A stretch of DNA of 64,000 nt from positions 10,230,001 through 10,294,000 of the forward strand of contig NC_091999.1 of assembly GCF_044704955.1 (NCBI RefSeq), read 5' to 3'. This DNA is from Pristiophorus japonicus. Lineage: Eukaryota. The notes beneath the pieces are model-generated. The model made no database searches and was not told the origin of the DNA. It was given only the letters and a program-made list of their open reading frames with translations. Both the position numbers and the translations under genes were made by a program. Shown piece after piece: positions 39,600 to 52,810 of this stretch (positions are counted from its first letter, which is position 1; the number at the start of each line of letters is the position of its first letter).

Positions 39600-39980
39600 T
39601 ACGTGCTTGCATTCGTGTCCTTATCCTTGTCCAAATCTGCAGAGAATTAATCTGGGAAATACAGAGAATTATAAACCTGCCCGGAGTGATAACTCCTCTG
39701 GAAGTTTCTCAGAGCTTACCAGGTGTGCTGATGTAGGAGCAGAGGAAGGACAAACTATCGGATCTGGAGAATCTACAGATGAGTATTATGGTCTGTTCAT
39801 CTTACCGTTAATTCAGATGGATACTAGCACACTGCGTCTGCGCCCCTGGTTCCTGTAACAAAACACAAAATGTGTGAAAGTTCATGGATTGTACGTAACC
39901 CATGAAGCACATACTGAGCATTTATACATATACTCACCGGGCAGCACGACAATTATCAGCAAGGCACATGGGTCGTACAT
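39600..39980 (-). pseudogene. V pseudogene (F6)
   Basis: Leader MYDPCALLIIVVLP|GTGAG; V exon with stops. Confidence 0.75.
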
Positions 39981-40184
39981 GCGGAGCCCTTCTTAGAGTG
40001 CGACAGAAAATTGCAAATTTTTAATAAAATGTTGAATCTTCTCGTCTGATATTAAAGAGTAAACTGAGATCCGGAGCATGTTTCCCTTATTGGGAGACTG
40101 AAGGGGCGTTCTCAGGGACAGTGTTATAAATCATCCAGCGCTCTGATAATGGCAGAGGATAGAAGTTCTGAGGCCCCCGGCAGG

Positions 40185-40882
40185 GTTTTTTTTACTGTCT
40201 CTGCCGATCTTTCCTGCACTCTGTCTTCACCGCACAGAATAGGTGGCGGCGTCTGTTGCTCAAGCGTCTCAAGCATTCAGAGCACTGCGCTTCTCTGTTG
40301 AACTGAACCGAGCCGCGATCCTGCTCTGATCACTGGTGCCAGTTGCCAGGTGCTGCACGGTTCGCTTCGAGTATTGCCTGTACCATTGCAGGATCAGTCC
40401 TTAGACTGTGGTGACGCAGTTGAACGATGCAGTATCTCCCTCATTTAAAACCACTGAATTAGGAAACTGCGATATGTCTTTATTGCCCATGGCACCTAAG
40501 ACGGGTATGTAGATATTAATATGATATAAAATAATATCATCTGATAGAATATATCTTATGAGAAGTAGATATAACATAATAGAATATACAATAAATTATT
40601 ATATCATATAATTAATACAATGTAAATAATATAGTATAATTTTATAACGTGAAAAATTAGAATGTAGCATAATATAACCTCATACAATATAACATAATAT
40701 TGCATAAAATAATACAACGTAATTAAAATAAAATATAACATAACATAAAATAATAATATATAAACAATAAAATATACATTTAAGATGTAAAATATTACCA
40801 ACGATGGATTGTGACCACACGGACAGGAAGGGGAGAGTAAGAAATTCAGGGAGATAATCACTAAAGTAAAGACCAGCCTCAT
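40185..40882 (-). pseudogene. V pseudogene (F7) with AT-rich intron
   Basis: Leader MRLVFTLVIISL...; exon from 40495 KDISQFPNSVVLNEGDTASFNC..*..LQWYRQ...DAAT..CAVK; RSS CAGAGTG(40223)-23-AAAAAAAAC. Confidence 0.8.
40515..40800. repeat. AT-rich degenerate (ATAAY)n microsatellite
   Basis: Low-complexity pentamer-like run. Confidence 0.8.
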
Positions 40883-41183
40883 GTCAGATCCTTTCGACTT
40901 TTGTAAAGGAACCGCCAGCGGATCAAGGCCGGGACAATTCCTGGAGAAGGCAGCGCTGTTGTGTATGAATCTGAGCCCAATATCCCACTGTGCCCAGCAC
41001 AAACGGGCCTCTGGGACTCAAGAGGTGAACCTGTGAGGTCGGCTCGGGGCTCAGCATTAATGGGGGTTGGGGGACGGGTACCGCACATGTGTGGGACATC
41101 CACGCGTGATTCTGAATGAAATAGGCAGAGCGAGATCACAAATAGTGAACAATGTCTACGAGTTCAGCTTAAAGAGGACCCGG

Positions 41184-41197
41184 CCACCAGATGGCGC
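41184..41197 (+). promoter_or_regulatory. CTCF motif CCACCAGATGGCGC
   Basis: Strong consensus match. Confidence 0.6.
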
Positions 41198-42406
41198 TGA
41201 CTGACCATTGTTTCCCACGCGGGTCACGTTTCATCAAAACAAACAGACTGATTTGTTTTTGATTAAAATGGGGAATTCCTCCTCCCCTCTCAGATTTATG
41301 TTCACTTATGTTATATATTCCACTTACAGTTGAACAGTTCCACACATTACTTGACTGTAAATGAGTTTGTCAACTTAAATTGATAGTTTCAATAAATATA
41401 TTTATCATCTATAATTACAATTCATTATGCGTTGGTCTTGTGTTATATTATCCAACATCTGATTTCACCCACAAAATGGAAACCCAACTCAGAGATGAAG
41501 TTTTTTGTCGCTAAAATAATAACTCTGGAAATCCTTGCTCGAGCCTGGAAATCACACATTTTTTTTCGAGAAGTGGAGTTACATTGATCCTAAAGGTACA
41601 GTATTATTGAAGTAATTTCCTTAGAAATGTGTTGTCTGTGTTGTACAGCTGAATGCTGCAATTAAGCAAATGGCGTGAACAGATATTAAATGAGTTTGAC
41701 CCTGTCAATGTGAACTTACCTTGTATAGTGACTCTGGACACTGGCGAATATCCCACTGGTTCTTCACTGCATTCCTTGTGCACGTGGGGCATTTATTCCG
41801 CTCTCTTTTAAATTCACCACCAGCTATTTAAACACCATGCGTAAAGTATTTATGTTCTTCATTGTCCCTTCTCATGCACAATACTTTACACTTTCTTGAT
41901 TAAGTTACATCTGCCATAATCGTCTTTATTTTTCCTGTCTTGCGTGGGTAAGTCCATTCATCGGGACCGCTATTGTTAATTTCTCTCCATTTATTCCACA
42001 GCCCCCGGTGCCTGATCAGCGACTCTGTCTGTCTAACACATGGACCACCCCAGTCACCACCAGAAATGGAGACGCTTTAATCCCTTTTGTCAGGGCCGGT
42101 TTTGAACACAGAATACCAGAGCATGATAGGATTGCTAACGACCCATTGCCAGGACCCACCATAGTGAACAGACACCAATTGCTTCTGATGTTTGCAAAGT
42201 GACACCAGACTAAATATCGGGCACGTCGGATTGAAACACGTTAGCCATTTGGTTTTTGGATACAAAAGATCCACGCTACAAGGACCAGACACGTTTATCA
42301 GTTGCTGTCAAATTATAACATCGGTTATCGATCTTACCAAACATACAGACAGACTTGCAGACAATCGACTGCGCTGGAATTTTCAGAACCAATATCTTGC
42401 AATACA

Positions 42407-42847
42407 ATACGTCCAATCGGGACATTCAGGTTCTTATTTCCATGTAAGTATTCTGACTTAAGAAGACGTGGACTGGAAAATAAACCTGCTGAACGTGCTG
42501 CGTGTTTGTCTTTTATTAGCAGGGGTCTGTTTTGAGGACGGAATATCCCAAACCGAGAAGGTGACGGCCGTGGAGGGACAGTCAGTTCAAATCCAGTGCG
42601 ATGGGACCACCAGCTGCAGTGATAGGGTTTTTTGGCACCGGCAATTACCAGGCCGGACACCGGAATTTACTGTCTCTGCCTATCAGACTAATACAACCGA
42701 CGAGAGTGGACGGTTCGATTCGTTTGTTGACAAAAAGAATGGTTATAATATTTTCGGTGTGCTGAAAGTCACTGCTTCCATCTCCAGGCTGTTGACTGCG
42801 CGAAGGTGCATAGTGATGTAAACGGTGACACATCCAGCACAATAAGT
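42407..42847 (+). pseudogene. V pseudogene (F1-related)
   Basis: 12-codon leader starting ATA, donor at 42444; exon from 42523 EDGISQTEKVTAVEGQSVQIQC...FWHRQ; FR3 frameshift; RSS CATAGTG(42809)-23-ACAATAAGT. Confidence 0.85.
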
Positions 42848-43382
42848 TTCATTCCTCTCAATCATCGAGATCAGTATATTTATTCTCATTATCCTGTGTC
42901 TCGCTTTGGAAAACAAAGATTCAGAATTGTATTACTGTCATTTAGTGTCAGCTGACAAAATATACAGGATTACAGTAATGGTGAATGAGTTAGCCACATT
43001 AAAGGACCGGATTTAGTCAGTAACCGTGATTTCACTGGGATACATCAAATATAGTGGTGTCATATTATTAAATAATCATTTAGGAAGCTATCAGGGATGG
43101 CCAATAAGTTCTGGCCTTGCCAGCTTCGAAGACATCCAGCGAATGAATTAAAAATAACTTTGCATAACATTATATGGCGTTTTCAGTTTTATTATTGAGT
43201 GTTACTTCAAATGACATAAATTAAAATGGAAGTTACTACAATATTTAGATCCGTGGGGGTTTAATTTTTCCCTACAGTAAACATCCTCTTCTCATTAAAA
43301 TAAATAGGAAAGCAATCCAAATAATTCTGTGAGAGAATACTTCGTTTGACAAATACGATAAATACACATGTATCCAAAACCA

Positions 43383-43396
43383 CCACCAGGTGGAGC
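43383..43396 (+). promoter_or_regulatory. CTCF motif CCACCAGGTGGAGC
   Basis: Consensus-like match. Confidence 0.5.
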
Positions 43397-43997
43397 GCCT
43401 GTCAATCAGGAGTTTTCACGTTGATATAGAACTTAAAGCACAATCAAAAAATTGCCGTTTTTCTTTGCATGAGACATCGAAAGCATCGAGACCAGAGACC
43501 TTATGAACTTACGGTAACGAGGTAAATATTCATTTAAAGGAGTAAAGGGGGAGTAGAATTTAGGGGTTCAGTTTCATAAAGCTTGGAACAAGGTGTAAAA
43601 TTCTATGATTCCAAGATCGCGATGACTATTTCAGATTGAAATGCGACACAGATCAAATTTTTCTGAAAAATGTAATCAGTTATTACACATAGATGTCAGA
43701 GGCATTCCAGGTTGAAGAGTTCATTGTTTTGAGAGACAGTCAATCCGCGCCTGGGCTGGGAATGATGTCAGGTGACAACATCCCATAATGCACCAATTGA
43801 TGAGAATGTCGCCCATCAGTGGCACACTGTATGAGGCGAATGTAAAGCTCTCCACTCACATCCCTGTCATCATCATTAAAATTCTGGGATTCGGCCGCAC
43901 GGTCCAGTGTGGAAATCAGACCCAAATTGATCCGATTTTGTCTATCTTTATCGTCATCAACAGGAACCTCCGCAAGGACCATTTTCCAGTTGGAGCA

Positions 43998-44410
43998 ATG
44001 GTGCTGTTCATGTTGTGTGAGTTTATTTATCCGATCAGACGCCTGACTTTAGCAATTTCTTATTATCTTGTGTTTGTTGAGTAACTATATTTTTTTCACA
44101 GTCGTTCGGTGCGAGAATCGGAGCTCACATCCTCAGCATGTGGTGTCACGGGAAGGACAACGGGCTGAACTGGACTGCCGGCTCTCCTTTGGTGCAGCTT
44201 GGTACAAACAAGTACTGACAGGGCCGGCCAAATTTATCGGCTCCATATACCAGGGGAATGAGACCACAGGTCGCTTCAAACTGTCCTTTGACCGAGCGAA
44301 GAAGTCCAACTCCATCTCAATAGTTAGCACCGCGGCCAGAGACGCCGGAGTGTATCACTCTGTGGTGCAGACAGGGTGAGGGGAAGAGCGGCTCCAGCTG
44401 CACAATATCT
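43998..44410 (+). pseudogene. V pseudogene, open frame but C104 lost
   Basis: GQRAELDC...WYKQ...DAGVYHS; RSS CAGGGTG(44372)-23-ACAATATCT. Confidence 0.8.
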
Positions 44411-44600
44411 TGTTTGTTGTCGTCTTTCTGCTGCACCATCACTCTTTCCCCGAATCAAGTAATTTAGAAATGCCGGTGTTGTTCAGAAATGTTACTTTCA
44501 CATGTTTAAACTTCCACCTGGTAAAATTACGACATAGAAGAGCTATAACTACCAACATAGTGCATCGAACCATATTAACTAAGGTGTTTTATGTTTGGTT

Positions 44601-44735
44601 NNNNNNNNNNNNNNNNNNNNNNNNNNNNNNNNNNNNNNNNNNNNNNNNNNNNNNNNNNNNNNNNNNNNNNNNNNNNNNNNNNNNNNNNNNNNNNNNNNNN
44701 NNNNNNNNNNNNNNNNNNNNNNNNNNNNNNNNNNN
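44601..44735. other. Assembly gap (N run)
   Basis: Run of N bases. Confidence 1.
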
Positions 44736-44829
44736 GATAGATTAATCCAGTATTCCCATAGCCAAGCATTTTATTACATTCTCCTTGGATGTATCTTCCG
44801 TTTAATTCTTATTCCTGCTTTGGCAGCAG

Positions 44830-45115
44830 CTCCATGTCACTCGGTGAGATTTGAAATATCGGTGTATCGGGAAACTGAAAGACAAACCATATTGCTTCAT
44901 GACAAAACACCGACAATTCACCAATCAGGCTCCTTAGTATGCCAGCTCCATCTTCAGAAACGAACGAGTTGAGCTCACGTTTAAAGTGTCTATGGACCGT
45001 GAGAAATTCTGCACCACTCTCACCATGAACGCGGCGGGGCTATCAAATGTCGCGGTGTATTGCACTGCAGTGAGAAATAGTAAAATAAAGAGGTGAGGAA
45101 CCTATATCAGAACTC
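44830..45115 (+). pseudogene. Degenerate V relic
   Basis: TTLTMNAAGLSNVAVYCTAVR-like 3' end. Confidence 0.4.
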
Positions 45116-45419
45116 AATCATCGCAGGGACTGAGGGAACAACGGCTGTCAGAATCCAGTGTGATACAATTAAAATCAGCAAGAGGTTACTTCAGAAAAGT
45201 AAAGCACGTCATCAGTGCTATTAGTTTTAACAGATTAAAAATATGATTCATTGTTTCGTTGGAAATGCAAGTTTTGTTTTCACAATTTCACCAAAATTAC
45301 ATCCTGATCCAGGCAGAAGCTTAACTTACCCGGTGCTGTGCTTGCCCTGGGAGTCTTTATTTGGATAGTACAGGGGTTGGGGGGCGGGGGGTGGGGGTGG
45401 GGGTGTCGTTATTGTGTAT

Positions 45420-45840
45420 CTAGCCCATGCTGTAGCTGCCCTGGCACTCTTTGATGGGACAGTATAGCGGCAGGTTTTCTCTGTATCGAACACGGGCTGT
45501 AACTGCCCTGCGAGTGTTTGAAGGGACAGTGTTAAGGGAGATTTATCTTAATCAAAAGCTTGCTGTACCTGCCCTGCGACTGTTTGATGAGAGAGTGTGG
45601 AGGGAACTTTACCCGACCTCCAATTCGTGCTTTACCTGTCCCGGGATTGTTTGATGGGACAGTGCACAGAGAGCTCTACTCTGTACATAACCTGTGCTTC
45701 ACCTGCCCTGGGAGTGTTTGACGGGCCAATGAAGTGGGAGCTTGACTCTATATCTTACCCGTGCTGTACCTGTCCTGGAAGCATTTGGTGGGACAGTGTA
45801 AAGCGAGCGTTACTCTCTATCTAACCCATGTTGTTCCTGT
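45420..45840. repeat. ~65-bp tandem repeat (TGTACCTGCCCTGGGAGTGTTTGATGGGACAGTGTAGAGGGAGCTTTACTCTGTATCTAACC...)
   Basis: About 6 diverged units. Confidence 0.8.
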
Positions 45841-46629
45841 GAGGGATTGTTTTATATGAAATGTTGATGAGCAACTTATGCTGACAGTATTTTGATTCAA
45901 AATTCAGTTTAATCGTCAAGAGCTAAACGTTAATCCCCTTTGATTCATGGAGTTACTCTGCTTGGTCTCCATATTGCGTGATTAGGAATGTCGAATGACT
46001 TCCATTTTTATGAAATTAATATTCCACCGTTATGAATAGTGCTATATTGACGTGAAGTCCATCTAGTTCAGGCAGTTAAATTAATATTTGTGTTGGTGAC
46101 CTGGAGATAATAAAAAACATAAACATGAAATTTCTGAATTAATGTAAATACCGAGAAAGCAAAACAAGTACATTAAAATGGCAGAAGTTGCAGTCATAAT
46201 TCTTAACAAACTAATAACAGCTATAACCTGGCATAATAATAATGCAGCATAATCACGCAGCAGTGTTCTTTATAAATTGATAAATAATGTTTCACAGAGC
46301 GGATTCACTCTACGTCCTGTCGCCAAGAATGGTGCTCCAAAACCTCATATTTCTCCAAAACTTACAGATCCGACAGTTTAACGGGTGACAGCTGGGGATT
46401 CCCGGAAACACTTTTATGTCTTATCACCGCACATAGTTTTGTATTTAGGGCAATAGTCTATGCACAAACAATAGGTGTTACGGAGTGGGACAAGAGAATG
46501 ACAGTGAACCCGCGATATTTCTGTATCTTATGTTCCAATGTCACTGCGAGGTCCGATTGGGGAGGGTAACAATTCATCAATCCAAAATTATACTTCACTG
46601 TGTCATAAACAGACAGTTGTGTCGATCTT

Positions 46630-47190
46630 GCACTAGGACCTGCATCCGTTTTTAGTGCACAAGGGCATGTATCTATTTATATTACACAAAGCCCTGTCTC
46701 AGTTTTTACTCTACTAGACCATGTCTTTATTTTTATTACATTAGATCCTGTCGCTGTTTATATTACACAAGACCATGTCTCTGTTTATATTCCACTGACT
46801 CTGTCTCAGTTATTACTATACTCAACCACGCCTCTCTTTATATTACATTGGATCCTGTCGCTATTTCTCTTACGCCAGGCCTGATATCTGTTTATATCAC
46901 ACGAGACCAAGTCTCTATTTATATTGCACGAGGCACTCTCTCTGTTTATATTAAATTAGGTCCTATCTCAGTTATTATTGCATTCGACCGTCTCTGTTTA
47001 TATTACGCCATGCCCTGTCACTCATTATATTACACCAGACCACGTCTCTGTTTATGTTGCATTAGGCCCTGCTCAGTTATTGCTGCACCAGATCCTGTCT
47101 CTGTTTATATTACAGTAGACGTAGTCTCAGTTATTTATGCACTAGACCATGTCATTGTTTGTATTACACTAGACGCTGTCTCTGTTTTTA
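46630..47190 (+). repeat. 27-bp minisatellite (CTAGACCCTGTCTCTGTTTATATTACA)
   Basis: About 20 diverged units; inverted copy at 63555-64000. Confidence 0.85.
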
Positions 47191-48654
47191 AACCATTGTC
47201 TATCAGACCTTCGCTCCCTGTTTCCCTGAAGTTTGACTGCACGTCCTTTACCACCTCATCGGATTCCTTCAGCGCCTCCTGGCGAGGGGAACATCTCCAG
47301 ATGTTTCTAATCAGACCCGAGTACTGTCCGGCATTTTTTTGCTGGTGCTGCGCTCTTTTTCCTCTAAACACCTGGAGTTCACACATGATGTCTCCTGTGA
47401 TTTAATAGGACAGTTGGTTAAGGGACGGAAGAAGTAACGACTGTTAGGAAGGGGGTGGATTGACTTGTTTGAGAATAGGTGCAGATGATGATTAAATTAT
47501 TTCCCTGCCCAATCCCTCTTCCCCGACACCCCCTATCTGGGACCGCCCTCCACCCTAATCCCATTTTATTTTGCTGTCGTGTTCCCGCTCGGTAAGTTTC
47601 AGGGAGTGATTAAGCCCATCAAGTCTGTAATTCCGTTATCGCTTCTCACACCCTTTAAAACACTCTTTAGAGACTCATATCCAATTTACCTATTGATATA
47701 ACTCGTGCAGTTATTCCACAGTTTCAGCTGCTTCTGTGAAAAAATTGATTTTATCATCACAAAAATGTATCTTTCGCCGGATTCACTCGGTTGACATCCG
47801 GGACATGGAGGGCTGCGGCTCCCACAATTTCAATCGGCAGAGAAAAGGCGCTATCTGTGACACGGGTCCCGCTGCACTCTGGCAGAAATGTTCACACATG
47901 CGCACCTCACCAACCTTTCCAGCGACAACTCTATATTTCTCTCTTTTTTTTATCGATTAAGATACCGGAGTTATTTTCGTGTAAATTGACGTGTTTCAAT
48001 CGAGCCATTTTATGTAAAGGAACGGAAGCCATTCACAACGTGTTACGTCACACAAAGATGGCGGACTGTACGTCACAAAATGTTGGCCGCCGGTGTGCCT
48101 GGCAGTGGATGACGACACAATTATTTTCCACGTTACAGCGCCATGATTGACTGTTTCTCCCATTGATTAAGGGTCAGGGGTCACGGGCCGTTTGCTGCAG
48201 AGTACAAGAGTCCCATTTGGTGCGGTCTGTGACCCCTGACTCAGGGCTGAGACTATGGAATATCAGCTCTTGAAAGGGCCTAGCACAGCCCGAGTTTTTA
48301 CTGTTAGTTCTGATACTTGATGGGACTTTGAATAAGAATAAGAATGTGAATAAAATTAAATTTAACTCTTTAAGTATTCCTTCATTCAGTAGGTTGTTGA
48401 ACAGCAAATGATCATAGTGGCTAATAATCGACATTGTGAAGTAGGATCAGTTATCCTCAAGTCGAACATGTTATTATATAATGTGATTTTTAAAATGGAG
48501 ACGATATTGATTTTATTTATTTCTGTATCCCAACATAATAAAGCAGCAGGAATATAGCAGTAACTAATTCATCCGATCAAGCCTTTCCATCATTCTAAAA
48601 AGCTACTGCCAATCTCTGGCAGCAAACAGAAATACATGCCATTGCCTCTTACAG

Positions 48655-51500
48655 CAAACTAATGGGACTAAATGTGAATAGGTCCCCTTTACCCGATGGC
48701 CTGCATCCTATGGTCTAAAGGGGTGGCTGCAGAGATAGTGGATCCAATGCTTGTAATCAACCAAAATTCCCTGGATTCTGGCGAGGCCTCAGTGGACTTG
48801 AAAACCGCAAATGTGATGCCCTTATTTAAGAAAGGAGAGACACAGAAAGCAAGATACTATATCCCAGTTAGCCTAATATCTGTCAAATGCTACAGTCCAT
48901 CAATGAGGACCGAGTAGTAAGTCCTTTAGAAAATCAGAATGCAGACAAGCAGAGGCAGCATGATTTCATTAAAGGGAAATCATGTTTGACAAATTTGCTC
49001 CAGTTCTTTGAGGAAGTAACGGTCAGGGTGGATATAGTGGAACCAATAGATGTTGTGTTTTTGGATTTCCCGAAATCATTCAATACGCTGCCACATAAAG
49101 AGTATTGCATAAGATAAGAGCTCATGGGTTTGGGGGTAATATATTAGTGTTCATAGTGGATTGGATGACTAACAGAAAGTAGAGATTCAAGATAAACCGG
49201 TCATTTTCAGGTTGGCAAACAGTAACAAGTGGGGTGCCAAAGGGATCAGTGCTGGGGCCTCATCTATTTACAATTTGTATTATATACTTGGATGAAGGGA
49301 CCGAGTGTCATATAACCAAATTTATTAATGATATAAAAATAAGTTTGAAAGCAAGATGTGTGGAGGAAGCAAATAATCTACAAAGGAAAAGAGATAGACT
49401 AATTAAGTAGGCAACAATTTGACCAATTGAGTATATTTTGCAAAAATGTGAAGTTATCGAATTTGATAGGAAAAATAAAAAGAGAATTATTATTTTAAAT
49501 TTGGAAAGATTACAAAATGCAATGGTACAGAGGTATCTGGGGGTCCTGGTACAGAAAGCTCAAAAACGTTAGCATGCAGGTACACCAAGTAATTAGGAAG
49601 GTAAGTGGAATGTTACCCTTTATTTTAAGGGGGATAGAATATAAAAGCAGAGAACTCCTGCTACAAATGTACAGTGTATTGGTGAGACCACACCTGGTGC
49701 ATTGCGTACAGTTTTGTCACCTTATTTAAGGAAAGGTACACTTGCATTGGAGACAGTACAGAGATGTTACAGGAGATTGATTCCTGAGATGAAGAGGTTG
49801 TCTGGTGAAGAAATGTTGAGCAGGTTGGGCATGTACATTTGGAGTTGCGAAGACAGAGTTGGTCTATGAAAACGTATATAACTATGAGGGGGCTTATCAC
49901 GGTACATGAAGAGTGGATATTTCCCCTAGTGCCGGTATCTAGAACTCGGGGGCATAGTTTCCGAATAAGTGGTCGCCCATTTAAACATAGAAACATAGAA
50001 ACATAGACAATAGGTGCAGGATTAAGCCATTCGGCCTTTCGAGCCTGCACCACCATTCAATATGATCATGGCTGATCATGCAACTTTACTACCGCATTCC
50101 TGCTTTCTCTCCATACCATTGATCCCTTTAGCCTCAAGGGCCACATCTAAAACACTTTTGAATATATCCAACGTACTGGCCTCAACAACTTTCTGTGGTA
50201 GAGAATTCCACAGGTTCAAAATTCTCTGATTGAAGAAGTTTCTCCTCATCTCGGTCCTAATTGGCTTACCCCTTATCCTTCGACTGTGACCCCTGGTTCT
50301 GGACTTCTCCCACATCGTAACATTCTTCTTGCATCTAACCTGTCCAATCCCGTCAGAATTTTAAATGTTTCTATGAGATCCCCATAATTTTTCTCAATTC
50401 CAGTGAATATAAGCCTCGTCGATGCAGTCTTTCTTCATATGTCAGTCCTGCCATCCGGGCATCAGTCTCGTGAACCTTCGCTGCACTCCCTCAATAGCAA
50501 GAATGTCCTTCCTCAGATTACATTAACATAGTTGTACACAATATTCAAGGTGTGGCCTCACCAAGGCCCTGTAAAACTGCAGTCAGACCACCCTGCTCCT
50601 ATACTCAAATCCTCTCCCTATGAAGGCCAGCGTGCCATTTGGCTTCTTCACCGCCTACTGTAACTGCATGCCAAATTTCAATGACTGATATACCATGACA
50701 CCCAGGTCTCATTGCACCTCCCCTTTTCCTAATCTGTCACCATTCGGATAATATTCTGCCTTCCTGTTTTTGCCACCCAAGTGGATAACCTCACATTTAT
50801 CTACATTATACTGCATCTGCCATGCATTTGCCCACTCACCTAATCTGTCCAAGTCACCTTGCAGTCTCTTAGCATGCTCCTCACAGCTCACACTACCAAC
50901 CAGCTTAGTGATATCTGCAAACGTGGTGATATTACATTCAATTCCTTCCACTAAATCATGAATGCATATTGTGAATAGCTGGTGTCCCAGCACTGAAACT
51001 TGTGGCACCCCACTAGTCACTGCCTGCCATTCTGAAAAGGACCCGTTTATTCCTACGCTTTGCTTCCTGTCTGCCAACCAGTACTCTATTCACGTCAATT
51101 CATTAGCCCCAATACCATGTGCTTTAATTTAGCACACTAATCTCTTGTATGGGACCTTGTAAAAACCTTTTGAAAGCCCAAATACACGACATCCACCGAT
51201 TCTCCCTTGTCCACTCTACTAGTTAAATCGAAAATAAGGAGTAATTTCTTCTCTCAGAGAGTCATGAATCTTTGGGTTTATCTTCCTCAGAGTGCTGTGA
51301 TGTCTCGTTCATTGGATATATTTAAGGTGGAGATATACAGACTTTTGAACGATAAGGGAGTCAAGGATTATGGGGATCGGGCGGGGCAGTGGGGTTGACG
51401 CCAAAATCAGATCTGCCATCATCTTTTTGAATGGCAAAGCAGGCTCGAGAAGCCAAATGGACTACTCCTGCTCCTATTTCTTATTTTCTTATGTTTTATG
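48655..51500 (+). mobile_element. Old CR1 interrupted by a nested CR1
   Basis: RT motifs 48696-49980; continues 51223-51500. Confidence 0.85.
49986..51221 (-). mobile_element. Nested CR1, 5'-truncated
   Basis: AAACATAG tail; TTAAA on both flanks, a possible target-site duplication. Confidence 0.9.
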
Positions 51501-52079
51501 TTTTCCTTTCTTATTAATTGTCGTGAGTTCGCTGTGGATCCCAGAATTTATTGGCCATTCCCCAGATTCCCCTTGATAAGCTGATGGTCGTCCTTTTTCT
51601 TGGACTGCTGTATTACTGCTCTTTGCACTCGTTTGATACAATTGACTGGCTTACTGGGCCACTTCACCGAACAGTCAAGAGGCAACCATGTTGTGTATGG
51701 CACTGGAGTTCCATACGGGACAGAGCCGGATAAAGTAACAGTTTTCCTTCCTAATTAAGGGCGTTAATCATGCAGTTGCGGTTTTACCACAATCCGAGTT
51801 TCACGATCATTTTTACCAATAACTGCTTCGTATTTATTTGCAAAATATCTGAATTCAAATTTATAAACTAGCAGAGTAGAAGTTGAACAATCGCACTCTA
51901 GATTATTAGCTCACACCTAGTGATTATTTGTTGAGTTACAGAACGCACAGGCCTTAAAACGTCATTTTTGCTGCATCAATCAGTCGATATGACAGTGTCA
52001 AGAGTATTATAAATAGAGAGTTGGTTTAGTGCAGTCATAACTCAGACCGGTTCTAATATAATGTAAAACGAGATATTTA

Positions 52080-52420
52080 AGGAGAGACAGATGGAGAGGC
52101 ATAGATAGAGAAACAGATTGAATTAAACAGAGGGGAAGAGAGTGAGAGATAACGAGAGAGTGAAACAGTGCAAGATTGAGACAGAGAGAGAGAGACAGAG
52201 CGAAGAATAGAGAGAGAGAGAGCGAGAGAGATGCAGAAAAAGGGACATTGTGAGAGACAGAGAGACAGACAGAGAGGGAAATCGGCAGACACAGACGCGG
52301 AGCCAATGAGATATATACAGTGAGAATCAGATGGAGACGAGAGACACAGAGATAGTGAAAAAGATAGACAGTGAAATAGAGTGACAGAGAAAGGATCACA
52401 GCGAGAGAAATAGAGTGATC
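52080..52420. repeat. GA-rich degenerate microsatellite
   Basis: (GA)n and (GACA)n runs. Confidence 0.9.
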
Positions 52421-52734
52421 AGCTGAGGCAAATGTTTTACATAGTTAAACGATAAAAAGGAAGAAGAAATATCAAATAATTATGGATAACGACTAGAGAC
52501 AAGGCGTGAGATGGGGCAGGCATGCATGGAAAGGGCATTGAAAAAAATGTGCCACAGATGCCTTTGCGCAGTGTTTTTCTATTTTAAAAGTTCTTTAAAT
52601 TCACCAGCTCATGTAATTAAACCGGTGAACGTCACCGATTCTTGTTAAGCATTTTGTTTTATTTGACTTTTAAGAAAGTCCCTGTGAATCTCACTGTGGA
52701 GGCTGAATTATCGCTTCTGTTTAGCAGTTTGAGA

Positions 52735-52747
52735 GCGCCCTCTGGTG
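52735..52747 (-). promoter_or_regulatory. CTCF motif next to an RSS
   Basis: CACCAGAGGGCGC, 23 bp downstream of the nonamer. Confidence 0.65.
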
Positions 52748-52770
52748 AGCACTGTGGAACTCCCAGTGTG

Positions 52771-52810
52771 GGTTTTTGTACGGGGTCCGCTATATCTCTG
52801 CACCAGTGTG
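52771..52810 (-). other. RSS with 24-bp spacer
   Basis: CACACTG-24bp-ACAAAAACC. Confidence 0.9.

Noticed and set aside
41950-42292. Minus-strand ORF containing MLWYSV as a V relic
   Set aside because: No conserved cysteines and no RSS
46630-47190. 27-bp repeats (also 63555-64000) and ~65-bp repeats at 45420-45840 as a CRISPR array or repeat protein
   Set aside because: Head-to-tail diverged units with no unique spacers, in vertebrate DNA
52007-52399. Hydrophobic ORFs here, at 40604-41002 and at 54204-54502
   Set aside because: Translations of low-complexity microsatellite DNA
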